64,000 nucleotides of DNA, from the NCBI GenBank assembly GCA_951406725.2, contig OX597832.1, forward strand, positions 29,016,001 to 29,080,000, in the 5' to 3' direction. Below, piece by piece: positions 43,315 to 57,953 of the stretch (position 1 is its first letter; each line of letters starts with the position of its first letter). The translations under genes and the position numbers were made by a program. The notes under the pieces are model-generated. The model ran no database searches, was not told the DNA's origin, and saw only the letters and a program-made list of their open reading frames with translations. Source of the DNA: Octopus vulgaris (Eukaryota).

Positions 43315-43620
43315 AGAGGGATACTGCGGTCAAGGAAGACCCGTCCTGAGGTACAATGACAATTTGAAGCAATCATTAAAATCTCTGGAACTTAATTTGA
43401 CATCTTGGAAAAGTTATTGACTTGATCAATCTGCCTGGCGTAAAATGAGCCATGAAGTATCAAAACCATTTGCGTTGAAGGAAGAGAACAATGAAAGAAC
43501 TATATTTTGCAACCAGCAGACATGTTTGTTTAATCCCAGGCAAAATCAATATTCCCATTGGGTCTTCATGGAAAAATCCATACCTGGCCTCAAATTATTC
43601 TCGCATCTATCGCAATTATA
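43315..43620 (+). pseudogene. RTE-like LINE C-terminal relic
   Basis: EGYCGQGRPVLRYNDNLKQSLKSLELNLTSWKSY*LDQSAWRK matches the RTE pattern GxRxxGRPxLRYKDxLK...WExLAxDRxxWR. Confidence 0.75.
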
Positions 43621-43800
43621 TACAGTTTCCATTATTTTTAAATTGTCTTTTTTCCTCATTTTCCCTTGTTGTTGTTGTTGTTGTTATGGAAGTGTGTGGA
43701 TCGGTTGGTCGGTCAAAAGGCTTAATGGTCATTAGGTTCGGCTATCAGATTCCACCCAGCTCGATACATATCTCTATATGTGTGGGAATGTATATATAAA

Positions 43801-43989
43801 TAGTTAATCCAAACATGAAAACACAAAGAGAAAACACAACAACGCGAGGACGTGGAACAAATTTAGTGTTATTGGACGCTCAGGAAAGGAAAGAAAGAAG
43901 GGGGATTTGACGTTTCGAGAGGAGCTCTTCGTCGGAAACATAGAAAAAGGAAAGATCCAAGGAATTGAAGACCAAGAAAGAAAATCGCC

Positions 43990-43990
<1 letters not shown>
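43801..43990 (-). mobile_element. Dispersed repeat with variant minimal hammerhead (43906-43938)
   Basis: Copy of 20641-20830; minus strand gttt-CCGACGA-a-GAG-ctcct-CTC-GAAA-cgtc-aaat. Confidence 0.7.
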
Positions 43991-44034
<44 letters not shown>

Positions 44035-45315
44035 GATGTGTTTTAGAGAGAGAGAGAGAGTGTGTGTGTGTGTGTGTGTGTAATATGCCAAAGCTGTAGT
44101 ACAGTGGAATTGAAACAGTTTTCACGTAGTTGCAAAGTATCTTTTTTACTTACACAGCTACAATTTGAAACCGTGTCGACCATGCTCCACATATTGTTGT
44201 TGTTCTTTAATCCCAGGTCAAGGTCCATGCAGCAGATACATAGGCAAAAGCGCTCCACCCGTTACACTCAAGATTTTTTTTCTTCACACATGGTATATCT
44301 AACGCACCCATTATTCCGTGTGGCCTTCCATTCTTAGACGGCATAGTGGAATTTGAGGGAGATCCGACTGCTGTTTTTTAACAGTTCAAGCGAACTGGTC
44401 ATGGCAGTGAGTGATGTGAAATACTTCTCCCCGGGATGTGGAGTTAAGCCACTGATTCTGTAGGGAAGGTGCTTACCTCTGTAGATTCTAACAACGGAGC
44501 GATGTTAACATTCCACAGCTGTCGCAACACGTTCTTCAACTGCAGACATTCTTGTATTTTGGCTTCACGGATATCTCTCATTAAACATAAAACCCCTTTC
44601 TTACCCCTTTTTCTTCTTTTACTTCGTCACTTCTCTCTTTATTACAAAGAGGGCGCTACTTGCGATCTTACTGATAACTGCCTCTCGTTAATGTGCTCCC
44701 TGAAAACTAAATTCTAAGCGATAGCATTATAAACATTCATGTGGAGTGGGATACGGAGTGGTGTGGGGGTTAATAAGGGAGGGAGGTCATACGGAGGAGA
44801 GAGGGTCGAGGCTGGATAGGGGACGGGGGGCTTTAGTCTGAGTCTCTTAATTTTTTTTTTTTTTTTTTGAAGATTGAAGACGATAGAATCTCAGAGCGAC
44901 ACAGAATGATGGGGGGGGGGAGAGCGAGAGGAGAAAATTAGAGGAAGTGAGAGGAGGGGGGGGAAGATGAAGAAGAAGACGGTGTGGATGAGGAGGGAGG
45001 ATGTGTGGGTGAGGGAGAATGAAGCGTGGGTGGGAGATATGGGTACATGTATGACACCCTAAGGGGCCTCAACGAGACAGGGTGCATTGGCGGTTTGGAG
45101 TTTGCTTAGACAAACACAAGACACACACATATGCACAAGCACACACACACACACATATAATATATATAATATGTGTGTGTATGTGTGTATACATTGACAT
45201 GTACTCTTACATACATATAGGCACACATATATACATGTATATATATATATATATATATGGTTTTGCGTTCTTGTCCCATTTTGTATTATAAATATATATA
45301 TGGCGTGTACATGTA

Positions 45316-45373
<58 letters not shown>

Positions 45374-46126
45374 TGTGTGTCTGTGTGTGGACATGCCGAA
45401 AAGAGCTTGGATTTAGGTAAAAGAAAATACAGGAGGATCAGTTAATTACGATTTTATTTCGACGATTCCTCCCTCAGAGTCCCTCATTTACTTCAGTCGT
45501 CCTTCAGTTATTTCTAAGCCCTGTACCACACTAAAAAAAATTCTTAAATATAAGATGGTTAAATAACTGCTACACCAGATGGGCAAAATAGGTGTTAAGA
45601 AGATGTGTCTGTCTTTTTCTTGCTTTCTTTCTTTTTTCATTTCTTTTCTGTTTTGACAAAAAAAAAAAAAAACGTTAGACATTAGAAGAAGAATGTCCCC
45701 CTTGCGGGTTTAAAATCTAAAAAAAAACAAGCAAGGGAGATAAGTCAATACTATAAGCTTGCCTAAACATTTAGACAATAAATATTATGTAATTTAGTGC
45801 AGGTCTTGTCTTTAGAGCCAACAAGTTTATCGAACAGTTTTTAGTTTGTTCGATATATAACATATATGAGACTATCTAGTGTAGGTCTTCTTTTCTTCAC
45901 AGATATGTATGTATATATGTGTGTGTATGTCAGTGTGTGTGTGTGTGTTCGAGTGCCTGCAAATGCCTGTATGTACTTGTGTATGTATGTCATTATTTAG
46001 TTTATTTCAAGATTTCTTGCCAATAGAGAAAGAGAGACGGTTTCTAACCTAGATCCAAGGCTCTGTCATTGGAACTTCAACAACATCAACAGGGTATTTT
46101 TGTATGTATGTATGTATGTATGTATG

Positions 46127-46160
<34 letters not shown>

Positions 46161-46420
46161 TGCATGTAAGTATGTATGTGTGTGTGTATGTATGTATGTA
46201 TGTAAGTATGTATTTATGTATGTAAGTATGTATGTATGTATGTATGTATGTATGTACGTATATATGTATGTATATATATATGCATGTATGTATGTATGTA
46301 TGTATGTATGTATGTATGTATGTATGTATGTATGCATGTATGTAAGTATGTATTTATGTATGTAAGTATGTATGTATGTATGTATGTATGAATGTATGTA
46401 TGTATATAAGGATGGATGGA

Positions 46421-46760
46421 TGTACAGATTTGTATGGTTTGTTTTATGTATGTATTCTCAGGCATATAGTTGCATATCTAGGCATGCTCATATATATTCT
46501 AAATGATAAACTTCTCGAAAGTTTTACAGATTTTAACAGTTCCACTGATGGCTTGGATCTGTAGTCTTCGAATCATCAGCTTTCTCCTTTCTGGTTTTGA
46601 GAAGTGTAATTTCTCAAGATTGATATTTAGGCAATGTATTACATATCCCGGGGCCCCAATAATTACAGGTATAAACCTGAACTTGTAATATGGATAGAGT
46701 AATTGCCGATTTCTCAATAGTTCAGCATGGGTATTCTCTTTTTCCCTGATCTTCAGCTTT
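46421..46760 (-). mobile_element. 3' fragment of an R4/Dong-like non-LTR retrotransposon
   Basis: KLKIREKENTHAELLRNRQLLYPYYKFRFIPVIIGAPGYV...LQIQAISGTVKICKTFEKFII*; same end points as 5432-5750. Confidence 0.75.
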
Positions 46761-46782
46761 ATGTATATATGTATGTTTATAT

Positions 46783-46825
<43 letters not shown>

Positions 46826-46934
46826 CCCCACCACCGTCTGTTCCCTACCCCCTCCTTTCTTTAATTCCAAATTGCTTTTACCGTCATTCCTCAATTTATT
46901 CAACAGATCAAATTTCTTTGGAGCTAAGACAGAC

Positions 46935-47222
46935 TACCACTACCATTGCCATCACCACCACCACCACCACCACCACCATCATCACATCCATTCACCAGCA
47001 CCACCATCATCACATCCATTCACCAGCACCGCCACCACCACCACCACCATCATCCCATCCATTCACCAGCACCACCACCACCACCATCATCCCATCCATT
47101 CACCAGCACCACCATCATCACATCCATTCACCAGCACCAGCACCACCACCACCACCATCATCCCATCCATTCACCAGCACCACCATCGCCAACACCACCA
47201 TCGCCAACACCACCATCGCCCA
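46935..47222. repeat. (CAC)n-based minisatellite with recurrent catccattcaccagcac unit
   Basis: Six recurrences of catccattcaccagcac separated by variable CAC/CAT runs. Confidence 0.9.
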
Positions 47223-47343
47223 TATAATATCAATTCCACCCCGTTAATCCTGTCTGACTGACTGACTGTCTGCATGTCTTCGACAATGTAATTCCTGTGT
47301 ATTCCACTCCTTAACCTCTTCAGTTTTAGCCAAAATATAGATC

Positions 47344-47393
47344 TGACCTTTGACCTTTAATTAAGGCAAGATTTTTTTCACCTTTGACCTTTA
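47344..47393. promoter_or_regulatory. Paired DR1-type nuclear receptor elements flanking TTAATTAA
   Basis: TGACCT-T-TGACCT at 47344-47356; TCACCT-T-TGACCT at 47378-47390; motif match only. Confidence 0.35.
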
Positions 47394-47552
47394 CAGCTTG
47401 CCTGATTGCTGTTTCGATTACAGACCAAGTCCCTTTCACAACCCAACAACAACAACAACAACAACAACAACAAAGAGGCATTCTTGCATCGTTTGACATG
47501 GAACTGACAAATTACTATTCTCCCTGCCTTGCCGGGATGCCCTCTCCCCACC

Positions 47553-47566
47553 TTCTCTCTTTCTCT

Positions 47567-47608
<42 letters not shown>

Positions 47609-47940
47609 AATCTACCTCCCTCCGTCTCTCTTTCTCTCTCTTAATCTCATTCTCTCTCTTAATCTCATTCTCTCTCTTTCTCTCTATCTATCTCTCTCTC
47701 TCCCACTTTCTCTCTATCTCTCACTCTTAATTTCCTCCTGTCTATCTGTCTGTTTGTCTCTCTCACTCTCTCTCTCTATCTCACTCTCTTTCTCACTCTC
47801 TCTTAATATCCCTCTGTCTGTCTCTCTTTCTTTCTGTCTCTCTTATTCTTTCTGATTCTCTTACTCTTTCTGTCTCTCTTTCTCTCTCTGTCTCTCTCTT
47901 AGTCTTCCACTGTTTCTTTCAATCTCTCAATCTCCCTCCT

Positions 47941-47993
<53 letters not shown>

Positions 47994-48070
47994 CACTCTC
48001 TTACTCTCTCTCCCTCCTTCTCTCTCTCGCTCTTTCTCTCTCTTACTCTCTCTCTCCATCCTTCTCTCTT
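47553..48070. repeat. CT-rich polypyrimidine tract
   Basis: Directly visible. Confidence 0.95.
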
Positions 48071-48434
48071 GGATTCCATCTCACTGCGTACCATGTTGAC
48101 AAAGTGTCTTTACCTTTGCCTCGAGTCTATCTACGCCTCATGAATAAAATTGGGTTGACAGAAACGGTACGGAAGCCCATCAGATAGACTGCACCAGTAA
48201 TCCATTGGCACAGCTTTGTCCCATAATTCGGTTTAAGAATTCCATTAGGGGTACACATGTCCGTAGAATACTCAGCCACTTATTCATTCATTTATCGATT
48301 CCGACGTACTGTTGTTTGAACAAGTGAGCAGTCATCGTCGAGAGAGGCGGAGAACCATCACTGCTTTGATCTGATAGTTCTAATTTAGTTATCCTGGCAC
48401 ATCATCTATGTTTACTCCCTTCCCTCCCTGGGGA

Positions 48435-49080
48435 CGCGCCGGCATAGCTGTGTAGTAACAGGTTTGCTTCCCAACCACATGGTTCCGGGTTCAATCCAAA
48501 TACGTGGCACCTTTGGCAACCCCGGGTCTTGCAGGTGGATTTCGAAGACGGAAACTAAAAGAAATTCATCGTATATGCGTAGGAGTGGCTGTGTGGTAAG
48601 TAGCTTACTTACGAACCACATGGATCCAGGTTCAGTCCCACTGCGTGGCATCTTGGGCAAGTGTCTTCTGCTATAGCCTCGGGCCGACCAAAGCCTTGTG
48701 AGTGGATTTGGTAGACGGAAACTGAAAGAAGCCTGTCGGATATATATGTATATATGTATATATGTATATATGTGTGTGTGTGTGTGTGTGTGCGTATGTA
48801 TGTATGTATGTATGTATGTATGTATGTATGTATGTATGTATGTATGTATGTATGTATGTGTGTGTATATGTTTGTGTGTCTGTGTTTGTCACCCAACATC
48901 ACTTGACAACCGATGCTGGTATGTTTATGTTCACGTAACCTAGCGGTTCAACCAAAGGTACCGACTGAATTAGTAACAGGCTTTAACAAACAAGTACTAA
49001 CTCGATTCGTTCGGCTAAACGCTCGTAGGCGATGCTCCAGCATGGCCGCAGTCCAATGACAGAAACAAGTAAAAGCTAAG
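48435..49080 (+). mobile_element. Diverged SINE A 5' half (48435-48572) followed by a full-length SINE A (48577-49080)
   Basis: Collinear with other family A copies. Confidence 0.9.
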
Positions 49081-49124
49081 AGATTCAGACCAATACAGAC
49101 CTCTCTAAGCTACATTACTCTTAG

Positions 49125-49198
<74 letters not shown>

Positions 49199-49714
49199 CC
49201 TTTCTTTCTCTCTTCATAATTTCTCAACTCAGAGTGATTAACAAAGATGACAACTCCAAGATGTTTTATTCAAATAAATCATTTCATATTTCGAAAAGAA
49301 GGAAAAAAAAGTTAAAATCTAAATTAAACAGAAACGAAAACTAGACAGAAAAAAAAAGATGTTTGTATAGTTTTTCCCAGAATCCATTGCAAAGTGATGT
49401 CACTGCAGCCATATTTGAATTTAAAACCGATTTTTTTCTCAGATATTTTAACAACTTAAAAATATATTTTAGAAAGCAAACAAAAATATTTTAACAACGA
49501 ATTTCTAAATATTTACTATATTTTCGGCCTCGGGGAAGATTTATGTGAATGATGATTTAAATTTAGATTAAATATTCTGCTCTAATTAAAATATATTTAA
49601 TTAGAAAATGTCATTTTCTCTTATTTTTTAGTCAATAAAATGCATTTCTTTCTGGTTAAGATGTGCAGGTCATTGACCTCATTGTTATTGTTGCAGTTGT
49701 TGTTGCTGTTGCTG

Positions 49715-50046
49715 TTGAGCGGTCCGAACCGTGGTCCTTTGCTATTCGTAAGACCCGCAGAAGAGAAAGCAGGTCAACACCCGACACCGAGAGCATCGAC
49801 GGATGGACGAATGCGCATCCAGGCTCAGCGGTTGCGTAGGAAGTCAGGGACAAGAAACTGGAAGAAAGAGTGAGAGAAAGTTGGGGCGAAAGTGTACAAC
49901 AGGGGTCACCACCACCCCTTGCCGGAGCCTCGTGGAGCTTTAGGTGTCTTTGCTCAATAAACACACACAACGCCCGGTCTGGGAATCGAAACCGCGATCC
50001 TCCGACCGCGAGTCCGCTGCCCTAACCATTGGGCCATTGTGCCTCC
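49715..50046 (-). mobile_element. SINE family C copy with an alternative 3' tail
   Basis: 49860-50046 matches 35568-35752; 49715-49860 is unrelated to the tail of that copy. Confidence 0.9.
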
Positions 50047-51756
50047 CCTGTTGTTGCTGTTGATCTTCCTGGACGGAGAAGAGCTATGAACAAAGATGTT
50101 CCAGTCAACAACATTCCGTCCTTCTCTTGTATGCTGTAGGGATTCGAACACTAACCGCAAGATATTCAGTTAGGGATCACGAGTGAGCCACCACAGTTTC
50201 ACGTGATCGGTCTAAAACTCGACCAATGAGCGTGAAGCTGTGCCGTGATATATAGCTCCTCGGATGCTCTAAAATTCGCCTTTTTTTCCCCCACCCTATA
50301 AGAACTGTTTGGCTCCGTACTCGGCCAGACGGCCTCGGACATTCGCACCGACTATCTTGAGTACTCAAAGAAGACAGACCGGTAAGACCAGAGCACCTAA
50401 AGCGCACGGACGGCCCCCACCTCGAGAAAGAAACGACTTCGGACACTCACACACGTCGTATCACAGCTAGCCTTCCACAAGACACAGCGCGGTTTCGTCC
50501 TCCCACCCCAGTGATTATCGATATCTTTCTGTTATGTAAACAGCCAAATCATTAAATCACGTCCGGCAATAAACATGTTAAAAGTTTAAAATTCGCGAGT
50601 TTCTTTATTTATTATACACGCAACCAGGCTCGACCGCACCCCCATCGCCACCACCACCACCACGATGGCATTCAACAACGCAATACACACCAACAAGCCA
50701 CCACCACAACGATGGTAGTCAATCACTTCCCACGACATAGTAACCAAGCTATCTTATCGAAACTACTTTAGACCATTTCCTATTTCAAGATCGTATGACG
50801 CAGTTTGAGAGCGATTAGACAGCTATTTCTCGCAAGTCAAGCAAGTACATGACTCATGTTTTACAGTTTAATTTTGACTCAATAAAGGAAAGAATAAAGC
50901 AGGAGGGGGTTATAGTTTGAGTATCGGCTTCCTCTGGTTAGTATTTGAAAAGGTCTATGAAGGAATTTTGTAGTTTTTATATTTGCTATTGTGTCTCCAA
51001 GTCAGTCCTGATCCAGAAGGTTTATGGTAAGAAACATTTCAACAATCACTACCGTACTTTTTTCTGTAAACATAGTACACCTAGGGCTATATAGCGGAAA
51101 TTCGGAACCGAATCTCTGGATACGCGGTCAGACATCACGAGCAAACCACAGTAGTTTCACGTGATCGGTCTACCAAGCAACCCATCGGTATCAAGCCGTC
51201 GCGTGATTTCATCTTCTAGAATATGCTTCTTGAGCCCTATGAAAAGGCCACTTTTGGCGGTAATTAATTGCAGAACGTTGAGGCCGCTGAGTGAGATGCT
51301 TCCATTCTTGCCACACCAGACAGTCCACGCAGACAACGCAGACAGATTAACAGGAACCTCCGCCGCCACGAATATAACACAATTGTTTCCAGTTATGTTG
51401 AGCAAGCCACATGATTACCCTATCATTAGCGTGCCGTAAACTCCAGGCAGTATATCTCTCTCTCCTAGTACGTAATTATTGCTGTTGCTATCTGTAAAAG
51501 GGCAACACAGCTTGTCGTTGTGTGCGATAATAAAATCTTGTTAAATGTTCTCATTTGCTGTTGAGTTCCTTCTTCACTCAGCGCAAGACGCATATTTTCA
51601 TTCATCAGCTCAACCAGTCATTGCCACAGACCAGACCAGACCACAGCTCACACAACCCTTCAAGCGACAGCTACATTATCTAATGTACCTTTCGCCGTCT
51701 AATTTTATGACAGCCACAATTTCTACGAGTAAAACAGAAATTCTTTCTCGGCACTC

Positions 51757-52124
51757 TGGACGAAATGCTTAGCGGTATTTCGCCCGTCGCTACGTTCTGA
51801 GTTCAAATTCCATCGAGGTCGACTTTGCCTTTCATCCTTTCGGGGTCGATTAAATAAGTACCAGTTACGCACTGGGGTCGATGTAATCGACTTAATCCAT
51901 TTGTCTGTCCTTGTTTGTCCTCTCTGTGTTTGGCCCCCTGTGGATAGTAAAGAAATAGGTATTTCACCCGTCGCTACTTTCTGAGTTCAAATTCCGCCGA
52001 GGTCGACTTTGCCTTTCATCCTTTCGGGGTCGATAGTTTAAGTACCACTTGCGTACTGGGGTCGATCTAATCGACTAGCTCCCTCCCCAAAAAATTCAGG
52101 CCTTGTGCCAAGAGTAGAAAAGAA
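51757..52124 (+). mobile_element. Tandem pair of SINE B copies with different tails
   Basis: Core repeated at about 51775-51892 and 51959-52075; first tail ends tagtaaagaaatag, second ends gagtagaaaaga. Confidence 0.92.
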
Positions 52125-52619
52125 ATTTTCTCGGGTACATCAACGATCTTCTAATATAGACAGAGGACTGTTGGCATAGCCCTGTCAACAGCGGTACCTT
52201 ACCTTAGAGGTACCATAGATATAACTACAACAGTATATATGAACGTTACTGCCCTCGCTCTTTCTATCAACAATGACATTTACAGTAGGGGTACTTTAGA
52301 GAGAACTATGACAGTGGTACAGTAAACAATATCAATGACCTAACTAAATCAACAGTGCGCTGCACTACATCAATAAAACCATCCGCTGACACTCCTGTAA
52401 TATAACAGTACCACTGACCCAAATCAATTCGAGCAGGTTTGGTATAATTCGCAGCCTGTAGCTGGAATATTTTCCGACTTTAAAATAGGAAACTAATCAG
52501 AATGTTTTCGCTGTGATTGTCACATCGTGTAATGCTGTTACGGATTGCAACAAGCAAGTGACAAAGGACTCCCTTCGAGGTTTTCTGACGTGCGAGAGAT
52601 AGCAGCCAAATGTCTTTTG

Positions 52620-53658
<1,039 letters not shown>

Positions 53659-54792
53659 GTTTCCCTCAAATTTCACTCCACTCTGACTTTAAAGACGAGA
53701 TCCACTCCAATCTACATACTTCTACACATTCAAAACAATTCCGTTTAATATCTAAATTGCAATGAAAGAACTTGTTTCTTGATTGGAAACCGACTTTTTC
53801 CTCCGTTGAGGAGAAATTCGAGAAATAAAACCAAGAACAGTTATACACATCAGTGTGGTTGTTCACTCGCATACACACACAAACACACATATTAAACACA
53901 AACACACATACATACACATACACACACACTCACAAACACGCAGACACAAACACACACAAACACACATATTACACACAAGCACACATACATACACACACAC
54001 ACACATATGCACACACAAAACTACAAACACATTTACGCGCTAACATATAAACACACTAACCTACATATACTCACAAACACATACACAAACACACATATAT
54101 ATACACACACACACACGCACACGCGAACACACATATACACAGACATACACACAAATACACATATACACAGACATACACACACAAACCCACATACACACAA
54201 GTACACATACACACACACACACATATATACACACACACAAAACCACAAGCATATTCACGCGCACTAACACACATACACACAAACACACATATACACACAT
54301 ATACACACACATAAATTTTCTCCCCTTCTTCACTGCTCTCTCCCAAACCCTTTCTTTCTTTCGTTCTTCCTCCTTCTCCCTCGCTTCTCTCACAATCAGC
54401 AATGCAACCCCGCCCCCTCGCCTTATCGATATTCAACCAACAAAGTGCATCGATCTATTTCCGGATCACTTGTAACAATGCTGATCATCATACAACCACC
54501 GCAAAAATCGATCTATCGGTCACGTGGTAGAATTAGATAAAAGTGATGAAGTCTTCAAGTTTTTCAGCTGAACCAGGTTTTGGTTTTAGGACGAAAAGCT
54601 TAAAAGCTTACAATGAGAGAAGGATTTCCATACCCCCAGATGTCGATACCAGTAATATACTGGTGTTTATACCTCTTCTTCCGAAATGTCTGGCTTGGTT
54701 CCACTGTTAGAAATTACTAGAGTTTTCTTTTTCAACCGAATTTAATTTTTGTTGTTGTTGTTGTTGTTGTTGCATGCCCGTGTGTATCTAGG

Positions 54793-54845
<53 letters not shown>

Positions 54846-55013
54846 ATGTGTGTGTGTATGTGTGTGTGTGTCTGTGTGTCAGTGCGTGCGTGTGTGTGTG
54901 TATGAATGTGTGTGTGTCTGTGTGTGTGTATGTGTGCATGTGGCTGTGTGTGTCTGTGTGTGTGTGTGTATGTGTGTGTGCTTGCGTGTGTGTGTGGGTG
55001 GGTGGGTGGGTGT

Positions 55014-55055
<42 letters not shown>

Positions 55056-57670
55056 GTATGTGTGTACTGAGACAAGGCAAAATACATCCAAAATCACTTA
55101 CCGAACCCATCCATCGAAGCTGGTGGTCACCAATAACAAACAACCCCAGCATCAGACATGTTTATTGTCCCCCCCACCCCATTCAATTTTCCTACTTCTA
55201 CCGCTTCTATCTTCTGCTTCTCTTAACTAACAACCTGTGTGCTCCTTCCATCCATGACATCTCCGTTTAAATACTTGACTCCACCTACTTCTGACAATCA
55301 TCGGTCTAAACATCTGGCGGCTATATCTAGCAGATCAAGCAGTGGTTGTCACGTTAGTGTTGGTTATCCGTAGATCGAGCCTTACAAATGAGCAATGGCT
55401 CTCCATCCATGACCTCTCTGTCAATCTCTTGGACATTGTGCATTTATGTTATCTAATATATGCCCGGGGAAAACAAATTGGGGCAGATTTAGCGGCATCT
55501 GTCGAATAATCACGCAGCGATTCAAAGTCGGTTCTTGTTGCTGCTGCAGCTAATGCTGCTGTTGTTGTTGTTGTTGTTGCTATTAAAATTGTTGTTATTG
55601 TTCTTTTTGCCGCTGTTGTTGTTGTTGTTGTTGTTGTTGCTGCTGCTGTTGACAATTACGATGAAAGAATAATTAGCGCTGCTGGAGAAGATCGTAAGGG
55701 AGTGGCATAGATCACGTGATACGAAGAGATCAGGAACAGGGACAGTAATTAGCATTAATTAAGGAGAGTTAATTAGAAAGGAGAGCAAAGTTGGGAATAG
55801 CATTAGATGTTGTTAATGTTGTTGTTGTTGCGGTTGTTGTTGTTATTATTGTTGTTATTGTTGTTGTTGAACATGTTTTGTCTTCTCCAAACCGGATTGA
55901 TCCTGTTAGGGTCAGGATGCCATTGGGTTTTCGTTAACACAATAGGGGTCGAAAGAAAGACGAAGTGTGTGGCCAGCTGTGGTTGACCATAGACTGACCA
56001 ACCGTGAATGGAAGTGTCATTTTGTAATGACCAGTGTGGTTTTGTTGTATAACTACAAGATGTGGCCAAAAGTAAGGATATCACTGATGCAACATAATGA
56101 CCGATAGTAACTTGGACGGAGCAAATGATAATCAAGGGGTGGTTGTAAACTGACCAATGACTGGTCAAAATATGGAGTATGAAGAGACTTTAGGAACTTA
56201 CCAGGGATTTTATTATGGTAAGTCCTTAGATGGTGAGAAATGGTTACGGAATGATCGGGGTCTTAAGTCCAAGAGCTCACAATTGGCTTTTTTCCATTTA
56301 AAAAAAAAATTTATTTTATTTATTTATTTATGTACATTTTGGTTTTTCCGAAACAGATAGGAAGGGGTTTACTTCAAATCGAACTCCTGGTCCGAATTCT
56401 AGTGACAGAGTGAATTCCAATGAAGATACCCGAGGTCCAGGTAGTAGTGTTAAAGGTACTCAGAGACCAGGCTGTGGTGGTAAAGGTACCCTTGGATCAG
56501 GTGGTAGTTTTAAAGCAAGCGGTTGATAAAATCTACCACCTGTGAAATCTCCTAAACCCTCTCTTTCTGACAAAAATGAGTTGTCCCTGTATTTTAAAGG
56601 GCCAGCCTTGTCACATTCTGTGTTGTGAGAATAACATTAAGAGTACATGTGTCTGTGAGGTGCTCAGTTAATTTCAAAAGCAGGCTGCTCCGTTAATCAG
56701 GCCGACTGGAACCCTTATCGTTGTAATTGGCTGGATCAGAGACTGGTCAAACAGGAACCAGAAAAAACCATTATTAAGTGACCGGAGATTGGCTAATAAA
56801 TTGTCTGTGATTGAAGCGAAATATTACAAAGAAATGATGAGTAAGAATGGAGCGAGTGAAAGGGGTGAAGAGGATACTGGGGAGAGTGCTGCTTTAGGGG
56901 TGTTGAACAAGAAGTGACCAGGATGGACATTGATAAGAAACCACCGATTAGCCATTAAGTAAACAGCGAGTGAGTAGGAAATTAACAAAGGTTTATCAGG
57001 AAGAGGACTGCGTGGTCTGAAAGTGTCCAGGCAATGATCAGCAAAAATAATAGATGACCAACAGATAACTAAAAGTTGGTGGAGTACTCTCTGTAAAGAT
57101 CAAGGGAGTATCAGAATGTTTGCTGGACAATCAGATTGAGAATATTCTGGAAGACCAAAAGATATGAAGATGAACCGAGTTGTAGAAAATAGAATGGTCT
57201 GGTATATTGCTGTTGTTGGGGGTTTCTTTGACTTTATCGCCTGAAAATATGGATGTACCAGGATGTATCAGTTTTAATTAAAACACCTCACCCTTTCATG
57301 CCCAGCAAACTTTGAAAGAAATCAGAAATATATACCTAACTAGTGGGTCCCCGTACACTTTCCAAGGGTACCCAGTAGATGTGTTCATTTTGATAATTAA
57401 ATACTTGCGGAAAACTGTATTCAAAGGGATTGTCTCCCTTGCTTTTTTGACCGGAGTTAGTCATTAAGATATGATTTATTAAGTTATACATAAATACAAT
57501 TCATTAATAGTCAATTAAGGTATAATGATTTATTCTGTTTTAGTATAACAGTATTCTTAACAATTCAAGGTTGACTTACATCAAATACCTTTGCCTCAAC
57601 TTAACTCCAGTCTTTCCTATGAATTTACCTCATGTTGATCTCCATATATTCACTTATTCACAATGTCACA

Positions 57671-57953
57671 GCGCATGCGCAGCATTTAATTTTTCAGCGA
57701 TATTTTCACCTCAACTTCATTCAGCAGAAAATGGTTTCGCTCAATTAACTGGCGGGTGGGGGAAGGTTTTCGCCGTTCCTCACAATAAGAATGAGATTTT
57801 CTTCGCCACTTTGAGCTGTTTTTCTCTCCTCAAAGACAAACATCAATACCGTCGTTGCCAAAAACAAAGCAGCTTGTTAAAAGTGAATTATGTGGACCAA
57901 AGTGGATTTCGGTTTCAATGTTTCGATTGTGTTTCTTCTCAGCCGCTGATTGG
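57671..57953. promoter_or_regulatory. NRF1 palindrome and CCAAT box in a repeat-poor island
   Basis: GCGCATGCGC 57671-57680; CTGATTGG 57946-57953; motif match only. Confidence 0.25.

Noticed and set aside
46761-47261. His/Pro-rich ORFs
   Set aside because: All three frames are open because of CAC/CAT repeats; this is a minisatellite.
52169-52180. miR-31-like TGTTGGCATAGC
   Set aside because: The seed region is absent and there is no hairpin.
56113-56133. miR-184-like start TGGACGGAG
   Set aside because: Only 9 nt match and no hairpin partner is visible.
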